DNA from: Burkholderiales bacterium
Lineage (GTDB): Bacteria; Pseudomonadota; Gammaproteobacteria; Burkholderiales; JACQAP01
DNA length: 64,000 bases
Assembly: GCA_036274775.1 (NCBI GenBank)
Contig: DASUFB010000033.1
Coordinates: forward strand, 16,426 to 80,425
Direction: 5' to 3'
The notes under the pieces were generated by a model that saw only the letters and a list, made by a program, of their open reading frames with translations, made no database searches and was not told the origin of the DNA. Of this stretch, positions 61,367 through 64,000 are shown piece after piece; position 1 is the first letter of the stretch; the number at the start of each line of letters is the position of its first letter. Position numbers and translations under genes: made by a program.

Positions 61367-61411
61367 AAATAAAAACGCCACCCCAAATCGAGGTGGCGTT
61401 TTTATTTTGGC
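61363..61411. terminator. bidirectional terminator; 20-bp perfect palindrome that includes the GCCA end of tRNA-Glu
   Basis: gccaaaataaaaacgccacc (61363-61382) / ggtggcgtttttattttggc (61392-61411). An A-run and a T-run flank the GC core cgccacc/ggtggcg. Confidence 0.8.
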
Positions 61412-61483
61412 GTCCCCACGGGGATTCGAACCCCGGTTACCGCCGTGAAAGGGCAGTGTCCTAGGCCTCTAGACGATAGGGAC
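61408..61483 (-). tRNA. tRNA-Glu (anticodon TTC)
   Basis: Minus-strand GTCCCTATCGTCTAGAGGCCTAGGACACTGCCCTTTCACGGCGGTAACCGGGGTTCGAATCCCCGTGGGGACGCCA. 76 nt. Confidence 0.93.
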
Positions 61484-61507
61484 TTCAACCGGCCTGCTGT
61501 CACTTCG

Positions 61508-61583
<76 letters not shown>

Positions 61584-61596
61584 ACGAAAGGGGCGC

Positions 61597-61625
61597 ATTA
61601 TACGGACGGGAAATCGGGCTGTAAA
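61597..61625 (-). promoter_or_regulatory. sigma70 promoter of the tRNA-Ala/tRNA-Glu operon
   Basis: Minus-strand TTTACA (61625-61620), 17 nt, TATAAT (61602-61597), GC-rich discriminator gcgcccc, A/T-rich upstream tract. Confidence 0.7.
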
Positions 61626-61697
61626 GAATGAAAAATCAGGCGGATATTCCGTCGTTTGTGAGGGCTCCGCGGGCTTGGAGCGGCCCTGGCTGCAGGG

Positions 61698-62219
61698 TCA
61701 CGGAAGCGCCGGCACCTCCGTCCATCGGGGCCGTGGCATCGTCGTGCGCAAGCGCGCCTGCATGACCGCCTCCGGCCGCTGCGCTTCCGGCAGCCGCGCC
61801 GGATCCAGCTCCCTGCGGCGATTGGCTACTGCGAAGAAGCGCTGCGGATCGGTTTCGAGCAACAGCTTTTGCGCGAGCATCAGGTCCGCTACGGGAAGCG
61901 TCGCCGCCGGGCCGGCGCAGTAGGATTCGCCCGACCCGGCGTCGAGAACGTTGAACGACGAAAACGGCAGAACGCAGAATCGCCTGGCTTGTGGCGTTTC
62001 CACCCAGAAATAGCTGTGCGCGCCGAAGCTGGCCCGCTGCGCCGGGCTCAGCACGCTCTCGAGCAGCGCAAGCGCGCGCCGTTCCGGCGGGCTCGACGGC
62101 GTGAGGCGGAAATCCCCGCGTTCGCTGCCGTCTTCGCCGGGCACGCCGGAAGCGCGATGGCGGAGCAGGGCCCGCAGCAGGCCCGCTGCCCGTTGCTCCA
62201 GCAGTCCGAGCATCGGCAT
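61698..62219 (-). CDS. hypothetical protein (173 aa), last gene of the crcB operon
   Basis: GC3-rich ORF starting 9 nt after the preceding stop. I recognise no family signature. Confidence 0.5.
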   Translation of the reverse strand: MPMLGLLEQRAAGLLRALLRHRASGVPGEDGSERGDFRLTPSSPPERRALALLESVLSPAQRASFGAHSYFWVETPQARRFCVLPFSSFNVLDAGSGESYCAGPAATLPVADLMLAQKLLLETDPQRFFAVANRRRELDPARLPEAQRPEAVMQARLRTTMPRPRWTEVPALP

Positions 62220-62228
62220 CGCGGCCGC

Positions 62229-62456
62229 TCAGCCGCCGACGATGCGCGGGACGATGACCGTCTCCTCCTCCAGGGCCCAGAAATCCGTGACCTTTTCATC
62301 CGGGCGGCCGTGCTCGCGGCGGATCTTGAACGCCGTGGCTCCGGCGGCCAGCCGCGCATCGAAGAGCGCGCGTGCGGCCGCGCGGGCCTCCGGCGTGCTG
62401 TCGTCGAAGGAAATGCTGGTGTCGCCGGATGAGTCCAGAACGCGCAACGTTTTCAT
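62229..62456 (-). CDS. small hypothetical protein (75 aa)
   Basis: High-GC3 codon usage. AGGGGA Shine-Dalgarno 7 nt upstream. Ends ...VIVPRIVGG. No family recognised. Confidence 0.55.
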   Translation of the reverse strand: MKTLRVLDSSGDTSISFDDSTPEARAAARALFDARLAAGATAFKIRREHGRPDEKVTDFWALEEETVIVPRIVGG

Positions 62457-62513
62457 GACGTTTCCCCTGTCGCGAAAGTGTTCGTGCCTGTGCTTCCCGC
62501 GGCCGGCCCGCGG

Positions 62514-62828
62514 TCAGCCTCCGACCACGCCGTATTCCACCGGCGTCTTCATGTAGAAGAGGTTTGCCTTTTCCCTATCCAGCCGCTCGAACAGCGCGGC
62601 CGCCTGCTGTTGCGTCATCGCCATGACCACCTCCATGGGCTGGTCCGCGAGCTCGAAGAAATGCACCGAATGGAGCCTGCCGGCGCGCCCGTAGCCTTCC
62701 GCGGCTGCCACGACCGTGCTGCCCTGGATGCCGAGCTCCCGGGCGAGCGCGACCAGCCAGTCGTGCATCGGCTGATGGCCGTGCCTGCGGTCCTGCTGCG
62801 TCAGAAACGTGACCTGGTAGCCTTGCAT
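62514..62828 (-). CDS. DUF190 (PII-like) protein, typical crcB partner
   Basis: 104 aa. GYGRAGRLHS...ELADQPMEVV pattern of DUF190. The ATG is 1 nt after the crcB stop, with GGAGG supplied by crcB's last codons. Confidence 0.75.
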   Translation of the reverse strand: MQGYQVTFLTQQDRRHGHQPMHDWLVALARELGIQGSTVVAAAEGYGRAGRLHSVHFFELADQPMEVVMAMTQQQAAALFERLDREKANLFYMKTPVEYGVVGG

Positions 62829-62829
62829 G

Positions 62830-63225
62830 TCAACCTCCGGGTAGTGTCGTGCGGATCAATGCGACCGTGCCGACGCCCAGCAGGGTCATGGCGACGCTGC
62901 TCGCGACGTGGGTGGCGACGAGGGCGATGCCCCATGCGACGCGTCCCGCCAGCAGGTGGTCGACCACCTCGGCGGAAAACGTCGAGAACGTGGTGAGCCC
63001 GCCGAGGAAGCCGGTGATGGCGAACAGCCGCCATTCGGGAGGCAGCGTCGGATGCTGCGCGAAGAACGCCACGGCCACGCCTATCAGGTAGCCGCCGATG
63101 ACGTTGGAGAGCAGGGTGCCGAGCGGCAGGGCGGGATAGACCGCGTTGAACCGGAGCGAGAGGGCCCAGCGCAGCAGCGCACCGAGCGCGGCGCCGAGAC
63201 TGATCGAGACAACGGAGAAAACCAT
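62830..63225 (-). CDS. crcB: fluoride channel CrcB/FluC
   Basis: Start [20 protein letters not shown] at 63225. [15 protein letters not shown] and [12 protein letters not shown] signature motifs. AAGGA Shine-Dalgarno. Confidence 0.92.
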   Translation of the reverse strand: MVFSVVSISLGAALGALLRWALSLRFNAVYPALPLGTLLSNVIGGYLIGVAVAFFAQHPTLPPEWRLFAITGFLGGLTTFSTFSAEVVDHLLAGRVAWGIALVATHVASSVAMTLLGVGTVALIRTTLPGG

Positions 63226-63296
63226 GCGTCTGTCCTTTTCATCGAGGACCCGGATCAGACGCAATGAAGCCTACGCGTCCGCTTGCGGGACTGTCC

Positions 63297-63354
63297 GTAG
63301 GCATCATCAGCCGCCAATGGATCGGGCGGCGGTTAAAGGAGGAATGCCATCTCC
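63297..63354 (-). ncRNA. fluoride riboswitch (crcB RNA motif)
   Basis: Minus-strand GGAGATGGCATTCCTCCTTTAACCGCCGCCCGATCCATTGGCGGCTGATGATGCCTAC. P1 GGAG/CTCC, P3 GCCGCC/GGCGGC, pseudoknot GGCAT/ATGCC. Conserved AACCGCC and CUGAUGAUGCCUAC blocks. Confidence 0.9.
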
Positions 63355-63386
63355 GTGGCCGGACTATACCACTTTGCCGGAAGGCA

Positions 63387-64000
63387 TCAACGGCTTCCCG
63401 GCGCGCGATCGACCGGGGGCAGCGCGAAAACCGTCAGGTTGCCGCCGACATTGTAGTACTGGGAAAGTCCCGCGTAGTCGCCGGACGCCTGCGAGCCGCC
63501 GCCGTCCCTCGCGCCTTTGCGGATCGCGTTGGTCGGCCAGCCGCCGATGCCGGAATAGACGCCGATGTACTGTTTGCCGCCGTACATGTACGTGAACACG
63601 TTGCCGACGATGCCCGACGGGGTCTTGACTTTCCAGAGCTCCCGCCGGAGGTCGCGGGCATCGACGCATTTCAGGTAGCCGTCGAGCGTGCCGTAGCAGG
63701 CGATGCCGCCCGCGGTCACGAGCACGCCGCTCCAGACGGGGAATTTCTCCGGCCTGGACTGCACTATCCTGCCGGCGGCGGCGTCCCAGGTGATGAAGCT
63801 GCCCATGGGGGCACCGGGCGCGGGGAACATGGAGAGTTTCGCGCCGAGATAGGGCATGCCCGGCACGTAGTCGACGTGGAAGGGCTCGAAGTCCATGCAC
63901 AGGTGGGCCGTGGGCACGTAGAACAGGCCGTTCAGGGGATTGAAGGCGGCAGGCTGCTGGTTTTTCGTTCCCAGGGCCGCGGGACAGATGCCCTTCGTCA
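63387..64000 (-). CDS. PQQ-dependent alcohol (methanol/ethanol family) dehydrogenase, C-terminal part only
   Basis: The frame is open to the window edge (the track shows only the piece from an internal Met). Beta-propeller repeats ...GVLVTAGGIACYGTLDGYLKCVDARD...GGKQYIGVYSGIGGWP. Confidence 0.8.
   Translation of the reverse strand, partial: TKGICPAALGTKNQQPAAFNPLNGLFYVPTAHLCMDFEPFHVDYVPGMPYLGAKLSMFPAPGAPMGSFITWDAAAGRIVQSRPEKFPVWSGVLVTAGGIACYGTLDGYLKCVDARDLRRELWKVKTPSGIVGNVFTYMYGGKQYIGVYSGIGGWPTNAIRKGARDGGGSQASGDYAGLSQYYNVGGNLTVFALPPVDRAPGSR

Noticed and set aside
61083-61367. Cobalamin or another riboswitch in the leader of the outer-membrane barrel gene.
   Set aside because: Neither strand shows a B12 box or conserved GGUGAAA/GCCACUG-type blocks. 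A plausible promoter for the barrel gene (TTGACT...) lies downstream of the structured part, which would exclude it from that mRNA.
61198-61425. Genomic island or prophage integrated at tRNA-Glu, suggested by the direct repeat of the tRNA 3' end.
   Set aside because: The repeats are only about 200 bp apart and there is no integrase or any cargo gene between them. At most this is a scar, so it is reported only as one alternative explanation in the findings.
62229-62456. Ubiquitin-like/ThiS-MoaD-like modifier, suggested by the C-terminal ...IVGG. CrcB (...LPGG) and DUF190 (...VVGG) also end in Gly-Gly.
   Set aside because: The terminal GGA GGT / GGC GGC codons double as Shine-Dalgarno sequences for the next, closely coupled gene. 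GGAGG sits directly before the DUF190 ATG, and GGCGGC sits 9 nt before the 173-aa ATG. No E1, JAB or sulfurtransferase partner is nearby. Three -GG ends in a row point to a coupling or GC artefact, not a modifier.
63387-64000. Whether the PQQ dehydrogenase is a lanthanide-dependent XoxF type.
   Set aside because: The diagnostic residues near the active-site Asp lie in the part of the gene outside the window. Only the C-terminal propeller blades are visible, so no call is possible.

Overview
GC-rich proteobacterial chromosomal segment, almost entirely core metabolism and housekeeping, with no mobile-element genes. Left to right: TPM-domain gene (cut by the window edge), lplT, alr, radA. A three-gene signalling operon on the minus strand (cyclase-homology/PEGA protein, TPR-like lipoprotein, tail-anchored Ser/Thr kinase). 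A ~24 kb fatty-acid beta-oxidation supercluster (acyl-CoA synthetases, etfBA, three acyl-CoA dehydrogenases, a TetR regulator with a PsrA-type operator, hydratase, SDR, thioesterases, fadL, fadB/fadA, ETF-QO). Then hpnCDE squalene genes, tRNA-Leu, tig-clpP-clpX-lon-hupB, tRNA-Val/Asp, ppiD, fabI, a YejABEF-like ABC importer, mltD, gloB, methyltransferase-rnhA-dnaQ, tRNA-Val, gltX, a LivK-like binding protein, a passenger-less beta-barrel, tRNA-Glu/Ala, a fluoride-riboswitch crcB operon, and a partial PQQ dehydrogenase. Main unexplained signal: seven gene-end hairpin elements. Their arms are tandem 7-9 nt units, and each copy has its own unit flavour mirrored in both arms. Several copies share a conserved central core. 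Some arms supply the stop codon or C-terminal codons of the upstream gene. Other points of interest are a densely structured ~170 nt segment next to tRNA-Glu built from copies of the tRNA 3' end, two unknown ORFs appended to the fluoride operon, and the cyclase/lipoprotein/kinase module. The many long antisense ORFs in the track are GC-bias artefacts.
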